Source: Eledone cirrhosa (Eukaryota). Taken from it: DNA of 64,000 nucleotides. Below the pieces are notes generated by a model. It did not search any database and was not told the DNA's origin. It saw only the letters and a list, made by a program, of their open reading frames with translations. Below, in pieces: positions 15,001 through 27,566 of this stretch; position 1 is the stretch's first letter; every line of letters begins with the position of its first letter. A program made the position numbers and the translations under genes. The stretch lies in contig OZ024741.1 of NCBI GenBank assembly GCA_964016885.1, forward strand, positions 400,768,001 through 400,832,000, given 5' to 3'.

Positions 15001-18000
15001 AGATATGACCAGCTATTGAAGTTGACAGTTTTAGGGTGCAAGATATGACCAGCTATTGAAGTTGACAATTTTAGGGTGCAATATATGACAAGCTATTACA
15101 GTTGACAGTTTTTGTGTGAAAGATATGACCAGCTATTGAACTTGACAGTTTTAAGGTGCAAGATATGACCAGTTATTGAAGTTGACCGTTTTAGAATTCA
15201 AGTTATGACCAGCTATTGAAGTTGACCGTTTTAGGGTGCAAGATGTGACCAGCTATTGAAGTTGACAGTTTTAGGGTGCAAGATATGACCCGCTATTGAA
15301 GTTGACAGTTTTAGGGTGCAAGATATGACCAGCTATTGATGTTGACACATTTAGCATGAAAGATATGACCAACTATTACAGTTGAAAGTTTTAGGGTGAA
15401 AGATATGACTAGCTATTGAAGTTGACAGTTTTAGGGTGCAAGATATGACCAGCTATTGAAGTTGACAGTTTTAGGGTGCAAAATATGACAAGCTATTGAA
15501 GTTGACAGTTTTAGGGTGAAAGGTATGACCAGCTATTGAAGTTGACAGTTTTAGGGTGAAAAATATGATCAACTATTACAGTTGACAGTTTTAGGGTGAA
15601 AGATATGACCAGCTATTGAAGTTGACAGTTTTTGGTTGCAAGATGTGATCAGCTATTGAAGCTGACAGTTTTAGGGTGAAAATATGACCAGCTATTGACG
15701 TTGAATGTTTTTGAGTGCAAGATATGACCAGCTATTGAAGTTGACAGTTTTAGTGAGAAAGATATGACCAGCTATTGAAGTTGACAGTTTTAGGGTGCAA
15801 GATATGACGAGCTATTGAACTTGACAGTTTTAGTGTGAAAGATATGACCTGCTATTTAGGTTGACAGTTTTAGGCTGCAAGATATGACCAGCTATTGAAG
15901 TTGACATTTTTAGTGTGCAAGATATGACCAGCTATTGAAGTTGACAGTGTTAGGGTGAAAGATATGACACGTTATTGACGTTGATAGTTTTAGGGTGCAC
16001 GATATGACCATCTATTGAAGTTGACAGTTTTAGGGTGCAAGATATGACCAGCTATTGAAGTTGACAGTTTTAGGGTGAAAGTTATGACCAGCTATTGAAT
16101 TTGATAGTTTTAGGGTGCAAGATATGACCAGCTATTGAAGTTGACAGTTTTAGTGTGAAAGATATAACCAGCTATTGAAGTTGACAGATTTAGTGTGAAA
16201 GATATGACCTGCTATTGAAGTTGAACGTTTTAGGGTGCAAGATGTGACTAGCTATTGAAGTTGACACTTTTAGGGTGAAAGATATGACCAGCTATTACAG
16301 TTGACAGTTTTAGGGTGAAAGATATGACCAGCTATTGAAGTTGACAGTTTTAGGGTGCAAGATATGACTAGCTATTGAAGTTGACAGTTTTAGGGTGCAA
16401 AATATGACAAGCTGTTACAGTTGACAGTTTTAGGGTGAAAGATATGACCAGCTATTGAAGTTGACAGTTATAGGGTGCAAGATATGACCAGCTATTGACG
16501 TTCACAGTTTTAGGTTGCAAGATATGACCAGCTATTTCAGTTGACAGTTTTAGGGTGAAAGATATGACCGGCTATTGTAGTTGACAGTTTTAGTGTGAAA
16601 GATATGACCAGCTATTGATGTTGATAATTTTAGGGTGCAAGATATGACGAGCTATTGAAGTTGAAAGTTTTAGGGTGCAAAATATGACAAGCTATTACAT
16701 TTGACAGTTTTAGGGTGAAAGATATGTCCAGCTATTGAAGTTGACAATTTTACTGTGAAAGATATGACCAGCTATTACAGTTGACAGTTTTAGGGTGAAA
16801 GATATGACCAGCTATTGAAGTTGACAGTTTTAGGGTGCAAGATATGACCAGCTATTGAAGTTGACAGTTTTAGGGTGCAAAATATGACAAGCTATTACAG
16901 TTGACAGTTTGAGGGTGAAAGATATGACCAGCTATTGAAGTTGACAGTTTTAGGGTGCAAGATATGACCAGCTATTGAAGTTGACAGTTTTAGGGTGCAA
17001 AATATGACCAGCTATTGAAGTTGACAATTTTAGGGTGAAAGATATGACCAGCTATTGAAGTTGACAGTTTTAGTGTGAAAAATATGACCAGCTATTGACG
17101 TTGACAGTTTTAGGGTGAAAGATATGACCAGCTATTGAAGTTGACAGTTTGAGTGTGAAAAATATGACCAGCTATTGACGTTCACAGTTTTAGGTTGCAA
17201 GATATGACGAGCTATTGAAGTTGAAAGTTTTAGGATGCAAGATATCACCAGCTATTGAAGTTGACAGTTTTAGGGTGAAAAATATGACCAGCCATTACAG
17301 TTGACAGTTTTAGTGTGAAAGATATAACCAGCTATTGAAGTTGACAGATTTAGTGTGAAAGATATGACCTGCTATTGAAGTTGACCGTTTTAGGGTGCAA
17401 GATGTGACTAGCTATTGAAGTTGACACTTTTAGGGTGAAAGATATGACCAGCTATTACAGTTGACAGTTTTAGGGTGAAAGATATGACCAGCTATTGAAG
17501 TTGACAGTTTTAGGGTGCAAGATATGACTAGCTATTGAAGTTGACAGTTTTAGGGTGCAAAATATGACAAGCTGTTACAGTTGACAGTTTTAGGGTGAAA
17601 GATATGACCAGCTATTGAAGTTGACAGTTACAGGGTGCAAGATATGACCAGCTATTGACGTTCACAGTTTTAGGTTGCAAGATATGACCAGCTATTTCAG
17701 TTGACAGTTTTAGGGTGAAAGATATGACCAGCTATTGTAGTTGACAGTTTTAGTGTGAAAGATATGACCAGCTATTGATGTTGATAATTTTAGGGTGCAA
17801 GATATGACGAGCTATTGAAGTTGAAAGTTTTAGGGTGCAAAATATGACAAGCTATTACATTTGACAGTTTTAGGGTGAAAGATATGTCCAGCTATTGAAG
17901 TTGACAATTTTACTGTGAAAGATATGACCAGCTATTACAGTTGACAGTTTTAGGGTGAAAGATATGACCAGCTATTGAATTTGACAGTTTTAGGGTGCAA

Positions 18001-20445
18001 GATATGACCAGCTATTGAAGTTGACAGTTTTAGGGTGCAAAATATGACAAGCTATTACAGTTGACAGTTTGAGGGTGAAAGATATGACCATCTATTGAAG
18101 TTGACAGTTTTAGGGTGCAAGATATGACCAGCTATTGAAGTTGACAGTTTTAGGGTGCAAAATATGACCAGCTATTGAAGTTGACAATTTTAGGGTGAAA
18201 GATATGACCAGCTATTGAAGTTGACAGTTTTAGTGTGAAAAATATTACCAGCTATTGACGTTGACAGTTTTAGGGTGAAAGATATGACCAGCTATTGAAG
18301 TTGACAGTTTGAGTGTGAAAAATATGACCAGCTATTGACGTTCACAGTTTTAGGTTGCAAGATATGACGAGCTATTGAAGTTGAAAGTTTTAGGATGCAA
18401 GATATCACCAGCTATTGAAGTTGACAGTTTTAGAGTGAAAAATATGACCAGCCATTACAGTTGACAGTTTTAGGGTGAAAGATATAACCAGCTATATAAG
18501 TTGACAGTTTTAGGGTGCAAGATATGACCAGCTATTGAAGTCGACAGTTTTAGGGTGCAAGATATGACCTGCTATTGAAGTTGACTGTTTTAGCGTGAAA
18601 GATATGACCAGCTATTGAACTTGACAGTTTTAAGATGCAAGATATGACCAGTTATTGAAGTTGACCGTTTTAGAGTGCAAGATATGACCAGCTATTGAAG
18701 TTGACCGTTTGAGGGTGCAAAATATGACAAGCTATTGATGTTGACAGTTTTAGGGTAAAATATATGACCAGCTATATCAGTTGACAGTTTTAGGGTGAAA
18801 GATATGACCAGCTATTGAAGTTGACAGTTTTAGTGTGAAAGATATGACCAGCTATTGAAGTTGATAGTTTTAGGGTGCAAGATATGACGAGCTATTGAAG
18901 TTGAAAGTTTTAGGGTGCAAGATATGACCAGCTATTTAAGTTGACAATTTTAGGGTGCATGATATGACCAGCTATTGAAGTTGTCAGTTTTAGGGTGCAA
19001 AATATGACAAGCTATTACAGTTGACAGTTTTAGGGTGAAAGATATGACCAGCTATTGAAGTTGACAGTTTTAGGGTACAAAATATGACAAGCTATTGAAG
19101 TTGACAGTTTTAGGGTGAAAGATATGACCAGCTATTTCAGTTGACAGATTTAGGGTGAAAGATATGACCAGCTATTGAAGTTGACAGTTTTAGTGTGAAA
19201 AATATGACCAGCTATTAACGTTCACAGTTTTAGGTTGCAAGATATGACGAGCTATTGAAGTTGAAAGTTTTAGGATGCAAGATATGACCAGCTATTGAAG
19301 TTGACAGTTTTAGGGTGAAAAATATGACCAGCCATTATAGTTGACAGTTTTAGGGTGAAAGATATGACCAGCTATTGAAGTTGACAATTTTAGTGTGAAA
19401 AATATGACCAGCTATTGACGTTCACAGTTTTAGGTTGCAAGATATGACCAGCTATTGAAGTTGACAGTTTTAGGATGCAAGATATGACCAGCTATTGAAG
19501 TTGACAGTTTTAGGGTGCAATATATGACCAGCTATTGAAGTTGACTGTTTTTGTGTGAAAGATATGACCAGCTATTGAACTTGACAGTTTTAAGATGCAA
19601 GTTATGACCAGTTATTGAAGTTGACCGTTTTAGAATTCAAGATATGACCAGCTATTGAAGTTGACCGTTTTAGGGTGCAAGATATGACCAGCTATTGAAG
19701 TTGACAGTTTTAGGGTGAAAAATATGACCAGCCATTACAGTTGACAGTTTTCGGGTGAAAGATATGACCAGCTATTGAAGTTGACAGTTTTAGGGTGCAA
19801 GATATGACCAGCTATTGAAGTTGAGAGTTTTAGGGTGCAAGATATGACCAGCTATTGAAGTTGACTGTTTTAGTGTGAAAGATATGACCAGCTATTCAAC
19901 TTGACAGTTTTAAGGTGCAAGATATGACCAGGTATTGAAGTTGACCGTTTTAGGGTGCAAGATCTGACCAGCTATTGAAGTTGACAGTTTTAGGGTGCAA
20001 GATATGACCAGCTATTGAAGTTAACAGTTTTAGGGTGCAAGATATGACCAGCTATTGAAGTTGACACTTTGAGGGTGAAAGATATGACCAGCTATTACAG
20101 TTGACAGTTTTTGGGTGAAAGATATGACCAGCTATTGAAGTTGACAGTTTTAGGGTGCAAGATATGACCAGCTATTGAAGTTGACAGTTTTAGGGTGAAA
20201 GATATGACCAGCTATTTCAGTTGACAGTTTTAGGGTGAAAGATATGACCAGCTATTGAAGTTGACAGTTTTAGTGTGAAAGATATGACCAGCTATTGACG
20301 TTGACAGTTTTAGGGAGCAAGATATGACCAGCTATTGAAGTTGACAGTTTTAGGGAGCAAGATATGACCAGCTATTGAAGTTGACAGTTTTATGGTGCAA
20401 GATATGACTTGCTATTGAAGTTGACAATTTTAGGTTGAAAGATAT
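1..20445. repeat. 40-bp tandem satellite array (~510 monomers in window, open at left edge); consensus AAGATATGACCAGCTATTGAAGTTGACAGTTTTAGGGTG(C/A)
   Basis: Continuous 40-bp periodicity with scattered substitutions; register shifts at ~590-620, ~12681 and ~15680; abrupt end at ~20445. Confidence 0.99.
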
Positions 20446-20684
20446 ATATCAGGATTAAACCAGGATTAGAGTGGTAAGACTATTATTCAACAGAGTACTC
20501 GATACTTGGGGTAGTAGAGTGTGACTATATTAGAAAGCGTTTGGGCCAACAGCTGAGCTCTTGCTATTGCAACAGCTAATTTCAAACTGAAACTGCAAGA
20601 GCTCCGCTGTCGGGATCCAATGCTTTTAGATCTTCAGCCATAAACATAGATCCACATACCACAGACAAATACATTGTTTTATTT

Positions 20685-20858
20685 CTATCTCTCTCCTCCC
20701 ATCTCTCTTTCCTCTCCTTTCACCTCTCTCCTCTCCTCCCTTTCTCCTCTCTCCTCTCCTCCCTTTCCTCTCTCTCCTCTCCTCCCTTTCTCCTCTCTCC
20801 TCTCCTCCCTTTCTCCTCTCCTCCCTTTCTCCTCTCCTCTCTCTCCCTCTCTTTCTCC
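20685..20858. repeat. CT-rich polypyrimidine low-complexity tract
   Basis: Repeated ctcctccctttctcctct units; accounts for the spurious R/E/G-rich ORFs. Confidence 0.9.
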
Positions 20859-21196
20859 ATGCACACTTCAACTGTTAAATAATAAATAATAATTAAAATT
20901 CTTTGCAAAAATCCCCTATAATTATGACAATATATTTACCATAATCCTCAACATTAAATGTGTATATATATGTATATATATATATGTGTGATTAATCAAA
21001 CTTGTGTGGAACACATATATGGGCCAAGGGTGGCTATCAGCTGAATAGCTAGAAATTCATATTTACTTCTTCAGCCCCACCCAGTGTCTGTGACTAAGGC
21101 AGTTAATACTAGCTGTATATAAATACCGTGTGATAGAAGGGCTAAGATTAATGTATGATTCAACTATTAATATTGTGTACCATGTGAAACTGCATT

Positions 21197-21385
21197 ATAG
21201 TGAATTGGCAGTATCGGTAGAGGGTTGGACGCCATGCTTTCTAGCATAGTTACGTCCCTTTACAGTCTGAGTTCAAATCCCGCCGAGGTTAACTTTGCCT
21301 TTCATCCTTACGGGGTCGATAAAATAAAGTACCAGTAATGTACTGGGTAGTTGCTGGCCTTGTGCCTAAAGTAGAAACAATTATT
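21197..21385 (+). mobile_element. tRNA-derived SINE (family A), first copy of a tandem pair
   Basis: A-box-like TGGCAGTATCGG, B-box GAGTTCAAATCC, central aactttgcctttcatccttacggggtcgataaaataaagtaccag (resembles the Meta/MESC SINE domain, from memory), AT-rich tail; multiple copies in the window. Confidence 0.85.
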
Positions 21386-21396
21386 TATTTATTAAT

Positions 21397-21592
21397 GGCG
21401 GTGGATTGGCAGTTTCGGTAGAGGGTTGGACGCCATGCTTTGCAGCAAAGAGTTATGGCCTTTTATGGTCTGAGTTCGAATCCCGCCGAGGTTAACTTTG
21501 CCTTTCATCCTTACGGGGTCGATAAAATAAAGTACCAGTAATGTATTGGGTAATTGCTGGCCTTGTGCCAAAAGTAAAAACAATTATTTATT
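21397..21592 (+). mobile_element. tRNA-derived SINE (family A), second copy of tandem pair
   Basis: Near-identical to 21197-21385; B-box GAGTTCGAATCC. Confidence 0.85.
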
Positions 21593-21960
21593 TATTTATT
21601 TAGTTGCATTCCAGCCAAGGGGCTGAGACCATGCTGGGGCACTGCCACCGATGCTCTACTTTGTATAGCCAGCCTTCCCTGGTTGGCCATTGACTGCAAA
21701 AAGGGAGTTTGTTGCTGCTGCTCTTATTTGTACTTCCCCTCGTGTTGTGGATTCATCTGGGATCTTGGTCAGTAAACTGTCGAGATGTCTCTTGAAATCA
21801 TCTACATGTGCACCATGTAGATCTCTCAGACTCTTTGGCAGCTTATTAAAAATCTGGGGTCTCTTGAACCCCTTACTATTGCAGTATGTGGTCCTTTCTG
21901 TGGTCCCTTGAACACCTGGCTATTGCAGATTGTGGTCAATGGATGACCCTACACAGTAAC
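21593..21960 (-). mobile_element. 3' fragment of a CR1-group LINE
   Basis: Minus strand translates to ...GFKRPQIFNKLPKSLRDLHGAHVDDFKRHLDSLLTKIPDE..., resembling CR1-group ORF2 C-termini, followed by a (TAAA)n tail. Confidence 0.65.
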
Positions 21961-21966
21961 GTCCTG

Positions 21967-22146
21967 TTTACTATCTAAGCGGTCTTTGGTGAAGAAATAA
22001 GATAAAAATCAAAGTATAAAACAAAGTTAATAAGTGTTTAATAAGTGTTTAATGAGTGTAAAAAAAAAAATTAAATACTCATTAACTTTGTTTTATACTT
22101 TGATTTTTATCTTATTTCTTCACCAAAGACCACTTAGACAGTAAAT
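21967..22146. repeat. Inverted repeat, ~65-bp arms (21967-22031 / 22081-22146)
   Basis: ggtctttggtgaagaaataagataaaaatcaaagtataaaacaaagttaat and its reverse complement. Confidence 0.85.
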
Positions 22147-22501
22147 CTGACCATCACCACATCTCCCTCACCCCAACACCTCCCTACTCTACACTCAATC
22201 AATCATCTTGATTTTTCTCTTTGTTTTCTCTTTATTTGTTTTATTTTCACCAAAAGATCACATATATTTACACCTCATTAACACTTCCCCAGACACTCAC
22301 TCAAATCCTTTATATATACACCAACACATTACAACTTTAGAATAGTTTCACAATCGACACCAATGAATGCAAGACAGTTCTCCAGGAAGTTAACCAGGAT
22401 TTTTTAAAAAACTTTCTATCAAAGTTAACAAGTCACTTATTAGATCTACAAAGCAAAATTATAAAATCATAAAATTGTTATAGAATACAAACTTTTTTCA
22501 A

Positions 22502-22502
<1 letters not shown>

Positions 22503-22590
<88 letters not shown>
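22503..22590. repeat. (TA)n microsatellite
   Basis: Direct. Confidence 0.95.
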
Positions 22591-22593
<3 letters not shown>

Positions 22594-22965
22594 TAATAAA
22601 AACAATGAAATAAAAACAAAGAACAAGTTCCTTATATTAAAAAATTCATCATTTTACGATCGTATCTAGGAAGTATATGTGTATTGGTATGTATATCATA
22701 TAGATCTATGTAAAAATATTACAAATTATCAGAGGAAATATACATACCTTCACATATACATGCTGTCTTCAGAAATGATCTTTAATATAAGGAACTTGTT
22801 CTTTGTTTTTATTTCATTGTTTTTATTAATTTATCTTGACTCTGTTTTCCTATGATTTTCATCGAAAATTTTTGAATGCATCTTCTCTTTTCATAATATT
22901 TGGATTACATTGAGTTCTTCATATGGATTGGACACTACCGTATATTTTGGTAGATTTATCTACAT
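22590..22965. mobile_element. Penelope-type terminal-repeat remnant with internal inversion, homologous to 58233-58560
   Basis: 22590-22642 is inverted relative to 22781-22832; 22781-22965 is the reverse complement of ~58233-58415; contains a hammerhead-like motif. Confidence 0.65.
22648..22779 (-). ncRNA. Type I hammerhead-like motif with ~99-nt stem II (GAAA mutated to GAUA, probably inactive)
   Basis: Minus strand: AUCAUUU-CUGAAGA-[99 nt]-GAUA-CGAUCG-UA-AAAUGAU; stem I pairs perfectly; palindromic stem III. Confidence 0.6.
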
Positions 22966-23389
22966 ATATATATAGGAAAAAGTATGACCCCGACGGCAGA
23001 GCTCAAGCCGTTTCAACGGCTATTTCCCACTCTACTACTCTACTACCCTAAGTATTGAGTACTCTGGTGCGTTATGCTCCTTACCACAATTCCTTTGTTA
23101 TATCATCATCATCATCATCATCGTTTAACGTCCATCTTCCACGCTAGCAGGATATAAATATTTGTAAAATTGGAGTATTCTCAGCACGAGGAGTATCTGT
23201 AAACAGATGAACACTATTTGCATAGTAAAGATTTTTGGGGTTAAGATATAACTACAAATGGAATGGAGAGAGGGAGAAAGAGAGTCTAAAGTATGACAGG
23301 AGAAATGAGAGGGGAAGAGGAGGAGAGGAGAAAAATGGGGACGAAAACGATGGAGCAGTATATATGGAGAAAGATATATGTATGTATAT

Positions 23390-23745
23390 ATCATCATCAT
23401 CATCATCGTTTAATGTCTATCTTCCACGCTAGCATGGGCTTAGACGGGAGTTGTCCTACTTGAGACAAAATTGGTCGGGTGACCGTGTCTCGCTCGTATA
23501 GGACTGTCTGGCAGGTTTTCTACGGCTGGATGCCCTTCCTAACACCAACCACATTTACAGTGTGGACTAGGAGGTTTTTACCATGTTACCTACAAGGCCA
23601 CATTACAGCGTGGACTGTGGGGTTTTTGTTGTGACACCTACACGACCTCATTTATTTAGGACTGGATGTTGTGGTACCAACATAACTTTACAGAGAAAGG
23701 GGTGGTGTTGGTGGGAGTGGGAGGATGGAGTAGGGGTAGTGGGTT
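23390..23745 (-). mobile_element. Short non-autonomous RTE-related retroposon (family B) with (GAT)n tail
   Basis: Homologous to 46396-46752 and 50782-51113; 3' end matches the RTE 3' end. Confidence 0.75.
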
Positions 23746-23789
23746 GGCGTGTATATTTGGTTAAGAGGTGCCTACTGACTGTAGGTTTC

Positions 23790-25255
23790 ACTTTGTACTT
23801 AGGCAAGGTGGGTCTTCTGTATTACTGCATAGCGCCAAAGATCTCGGTCCAGCGACATTGCCTTAGAGAGGTGCAAGTGTGTAAGGTCGGAATTTATCAA
23901 ATCATCCCAGGTTTTTCTGGGTCTACCTACTCTGTAACTTCCATCAATTTTGATCGCCCTGCACTTTTTTATGCAGCTGTTGTCTTTCATGCGCATCACG
24001 TGACCATACTAACGTAGTCTTCTCTCAAGTAAACAGCATCTGATCCCTCTTATTCCTAATTTCTCACTTAGTTCATTTATGTTTTGCCGTCCACATATAT
24101 TACTATTACACATCCAATAGAGCATGCTTCGTTCCTTTCCAGTCTGTGCAGGTCCTCTGCACACAATGCCCATGTCTCACTGCCATGTAGCATGCTGTTC
24201 GTATACAGGTATCATACAATCTGCCTTTCATTTTTAGAGAGAAACCTTTAGTGGCCAACAGCGGTATAAGCTCTCTGAACTTTTTCCATCCCGCTCTGAC
24301 TCTGGCTACTGTACTTTCAGAGCACCCTCCACCACTGCTGAATTTGTCACACAGGTAACGGAAAGTATCCACTATTTCTAATGAACCATCTGGCCAATAG
24401 AAGGAGCTAGTATCCTGTGGGCTACTTATTGCCCCTGAGCATTGGCCACATATAAAATCTACGTTCTTAGATAGCTTACCTGTGATCCCACTACATCTTT
24501 TATGTACCCATACTTTGCATTTGGGACATAAAATGGAATTTCTACCTACTTCTTTTCTACAAACTGAGCATGCCTATTTCCCAGAGGGCACCTGTGCCCT
24601 ATTTTCCTTTCTACATACTAGAACTTTAGTCTTAGACAAGTTAACTTTAAGGCCTTTTGATTCTAGGCCATGCTTCCATGTTTGGAATTTCTTCTCTAGT
24701 TCAGCCATAGATTCAGCCATGAGAGTTAGATCATCTGTGTATAGAAGTTCCCATGGGCAGCCGGTCTTAAACTCCTCTGTTATAGCCTGAAGGGCAATAA
24801 TAAATAGGAGGGGGCTAAGGACAGGGCCTTGATGAACACCAACTTTTACGCTAAATTCTTCACTATATTCATTGTTAATTCTAACCTTGCTGACTGTTTT
24901 TTTATACATGGCTTGTATAACTCTAACAAGCCATTCATCAACTCCTACTTTTCTAAGAGCCCACCAGATAATGGAGCAGGGTTCTCTGTCAAAGGCTTTC
25001 TCCAAGTCAACAAAAGCTAAGTAGAGGGGTTTACTTTTAGCTAGGTACTTCTCCTGTAGTTGTCGTACAAGGAAAAGAGCGTCTGTAGTACTTTTACCTG
25101 ACACAAACCCAAACTGCATTTCATCTAGATCAATTTGATCTCTGATTAGTTGCGCTATAACTCTTTCTGTGACCTTCATGACCTGGTCAACTAACTTAAT
25201 GCCTCTATAGTTTCCCTTATCTAGAGCATCTCCTTTACCCTTGTAGCAGTTAATG
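23790..25255 (-). mobile_element. 5'-truncated, decayed RTE-clade LINE (RT, PHD finger, C-terminus)
   Basis: ORFs 24574-25320 (AFVDLEKAFD, GVHQG, LYTDD), 24106-24372 and 23799-23999; premature stop at 24574-24576. Confidence 0.9.
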
Positions 25256-25387
25256 ATGATGTATATATATGTTGTTTGCTGAAAATTGAAGTAAGTGATA
25301 CTGTTGCTACTTTGAAACAATAGCGTAAGGTCTTCAAAATGCTTTTAATTAAGCATACAGTGTATTACAAAATACACTGTATATACG

Positions 25388-25390
<3 letters not shown>

Positions 25391-25470
<80 letters not shown>
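25391..25470. repeat. (TA)n(TG)n compound microsatellite
   Basis: Direct. Confidence 0.95.
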
Positions 25471-25475
<5 letters not shown>

Positions 25476-25795
25476 AGTTGAGAGAGAAACTGGGTATAAG
25501 AGGGATAAGTTGTGGTGTGCAGGAGAGAAGACTGAGATGGTATGGACATGTGATGTGCATGGAGAATGACTGCTGGGTAAAGGAGTGCCAAGAAATCCCA
25601 ATAGAAGGAAGACGCAGTAGAAGAAGACCACGAAAAACACGGGCGGAGGTGGTGAGAGCAGACCTCAGATCACTGAAGCTCACGGAGGAGATGATGAAGG
25701 ACTGTGACAAGTGGAGAGATGCTGTGCTGAATAGAGCCCGTCCTACTCTTGCAAGCAGGGAAAAGCGGACGTAAAATGATGACAATGATGATGAT
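25471..25795 (+). mobile_element. 3' end fragment of RTE LINE with (GAT)n tail
   Basis: RRLRWYGHV...GRRSRRRPRKT; closely similar to 57880-58190. Confidence 0.85.
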
Positions 25796-25868
25796 ATATA
25801 TGTATGTATATATATATTTATATATGTCTTTGTATATATACGAAGACTTAGATGGCGTGCCTTCCTTG

Positions 25869-25906
<38 letters not shown>

Positions 25907-26487
25907 TAAAAGAGAAAACACAGGTAAGCATTAAGAGAAGGATTTTATCCAGGTATTTACGACCGTTTCATTGGTAAGTGCAACCTTATATTGCTATACT
26001 GCAAATAGCAGCCACTCAATTATAATTGTTGTTCACAGTCCAAATTTTCAAAATAGTAAGTTACTCTTGAAATAGTTCTTAATATATAGAGAAAAACAGT
26101 TATTTGGAATTGTATTTACTAGTATAGAGAGAGAGGAATCAGGAGGTGAGGGGACAGACGGCATAGTATATAGAGAGAGGAAGGGGGAAGAGGTAGGAAG
26201 TAGAATGACAAACTGAGATGGAGGGAGGGGTAGAGGTGGAAGGATTCTTTGGTCAGTTTTGATAACAGACATCATGTCGTGGAGTGTAGTGAGTTAAAGA
26301 GAATTAAATAGATAATAGTGGGAGGGATGGATAGAGAGGGAGAGAGAGGGGGGGGGGGGATATAAAGAGATAAATATATATATATATATATATATGCAAA
26401 AGTTTTATTTAAAATTGTTGGGTTACAACGAGTAAATATTTTATAACTGATATAAAAGCACTCAACAGTTTTTGGAGTAGGTTTACG

Positions 26488-27566
26488 ATATTAAACAAAT
26501 GGAAACTATATTTATAAAACCATATTTATTTCGTCATATATATTTCTGGGATATCATATTAAAAATATGGTATGCCTTCCTCAGACAAAATACAATATAT
26601 AAGCTGTTTTATAAATAATTTTGACATACCTTAGAATAATGCAACTTCCATTTAAAAAGTTGATTTGGTAGTGAAACAGTTAAGGACAGTTATATAGAAA
26701 GAAAGACGAAGAAAAACGAAGATAAAAAATAATGTATATTTTATGTCTATATATATATATGTATGTACATATATGTATGGTGGAATCTTTTGTAACGCAA
26801 TGAAGATTTTCATGAAAAATAAGAATCTGCGGAGCATATCACGTAAGTTCACATGTGTGTCTATAATTATCAACTTGAATTTGAGATAACATTCTCTTTT
26901 CTCTTTTTTCATGAGAATGCATATATACTTATGTTTGAAGTTTTGTCTCAGATTTTGCTTATAGACCTAAGAATTTTTAAACTAAGCATGGGGTCATTTT
27001 TTTCACATATTATGGATATGTGTCTCATTAATGAATACTGATATTTACATTATAATACCTAATTCATAAAAATTGATAATTCAAATGGATCAGACATAAT
27101 ATATTTTTAATATATTTTAAATATATCATCTTTCTTTCTTTTTCTCCTCTACACTGGACGTGATTTATGTGTCGGCTATTTTAACCTCTCACTTGTACGC
27201 TGATCATCTGTCCCCAAGCTGCCTACTATTTTTTCACTTCCTCAATATATTTCTCTCTCCCATATCTCCTTCTCTCTCTATCTCGCTATGTTGTTTTTCT
27301 TTACATACATCTCTTCATCTTCTTCTTTTTATCTTCGTTTTTCTTCGTCTTTCTTTCTATATAACTGTCCTTAACTGTTTCACTACCAAATCAACTTTAT
27401 AAATGGAAGTTGCATTATTCTGAGGTATGTCAAAATTATTTATAAAACAGCTTATATATTGTATTTTGTCTGAGGAAGGCATACCATATTTTTAATATGA
27501 TATCCCAGAAATATATATAACGAAATAAATATGGTTTTATAAATATAGTTTCCATTTGTTTAATAT
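26488..27566. mobile_element. Nested element with 241-bp inverted repeats (26488-26728 / 27326-27566), Penelope terminal-repeat-like
   Basis: Arms near-identical in reverse complement; each arm has a hammerhead-like motif; (TA)n runs nearby on both sides. Confidence 0.6.
27462..27527 (+). ncRNA. Atypical type I hammerhead-like motif (mirror copy 26527-26592, minus strand)
   Basis: UAUUUUGU-CUGAGGA-AGGCAUACCAUAUUUUUAAUAUGAUAUCCCA-GAAA-UAUAUAUA-ACGAAAUA; stems I and II pair, but there are extra core nucleotides. Confidence 0.4.

Noticed and set aside
1-20445. CRISPR-like array or coding repeat
   Set aside because: Contiguous monomers with no unique spacers, no ORFs of 60 aa or more in the track, eukaryotic context, no cas genes
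1-20445. True telomere
   Set aside because: TTAGGG occurs singly every 40 bp, never as tandem (TTAGGG)n
20626-20908. R/E/G-rich and S/P/L-rich ORFs
   Set aside because: Translations of a CT-rich low-complexity tract
21197-21592. tRNA genes
   Set aside because: A/B boxes continue into a SINE body and tail; no cloverleaf; multicopy
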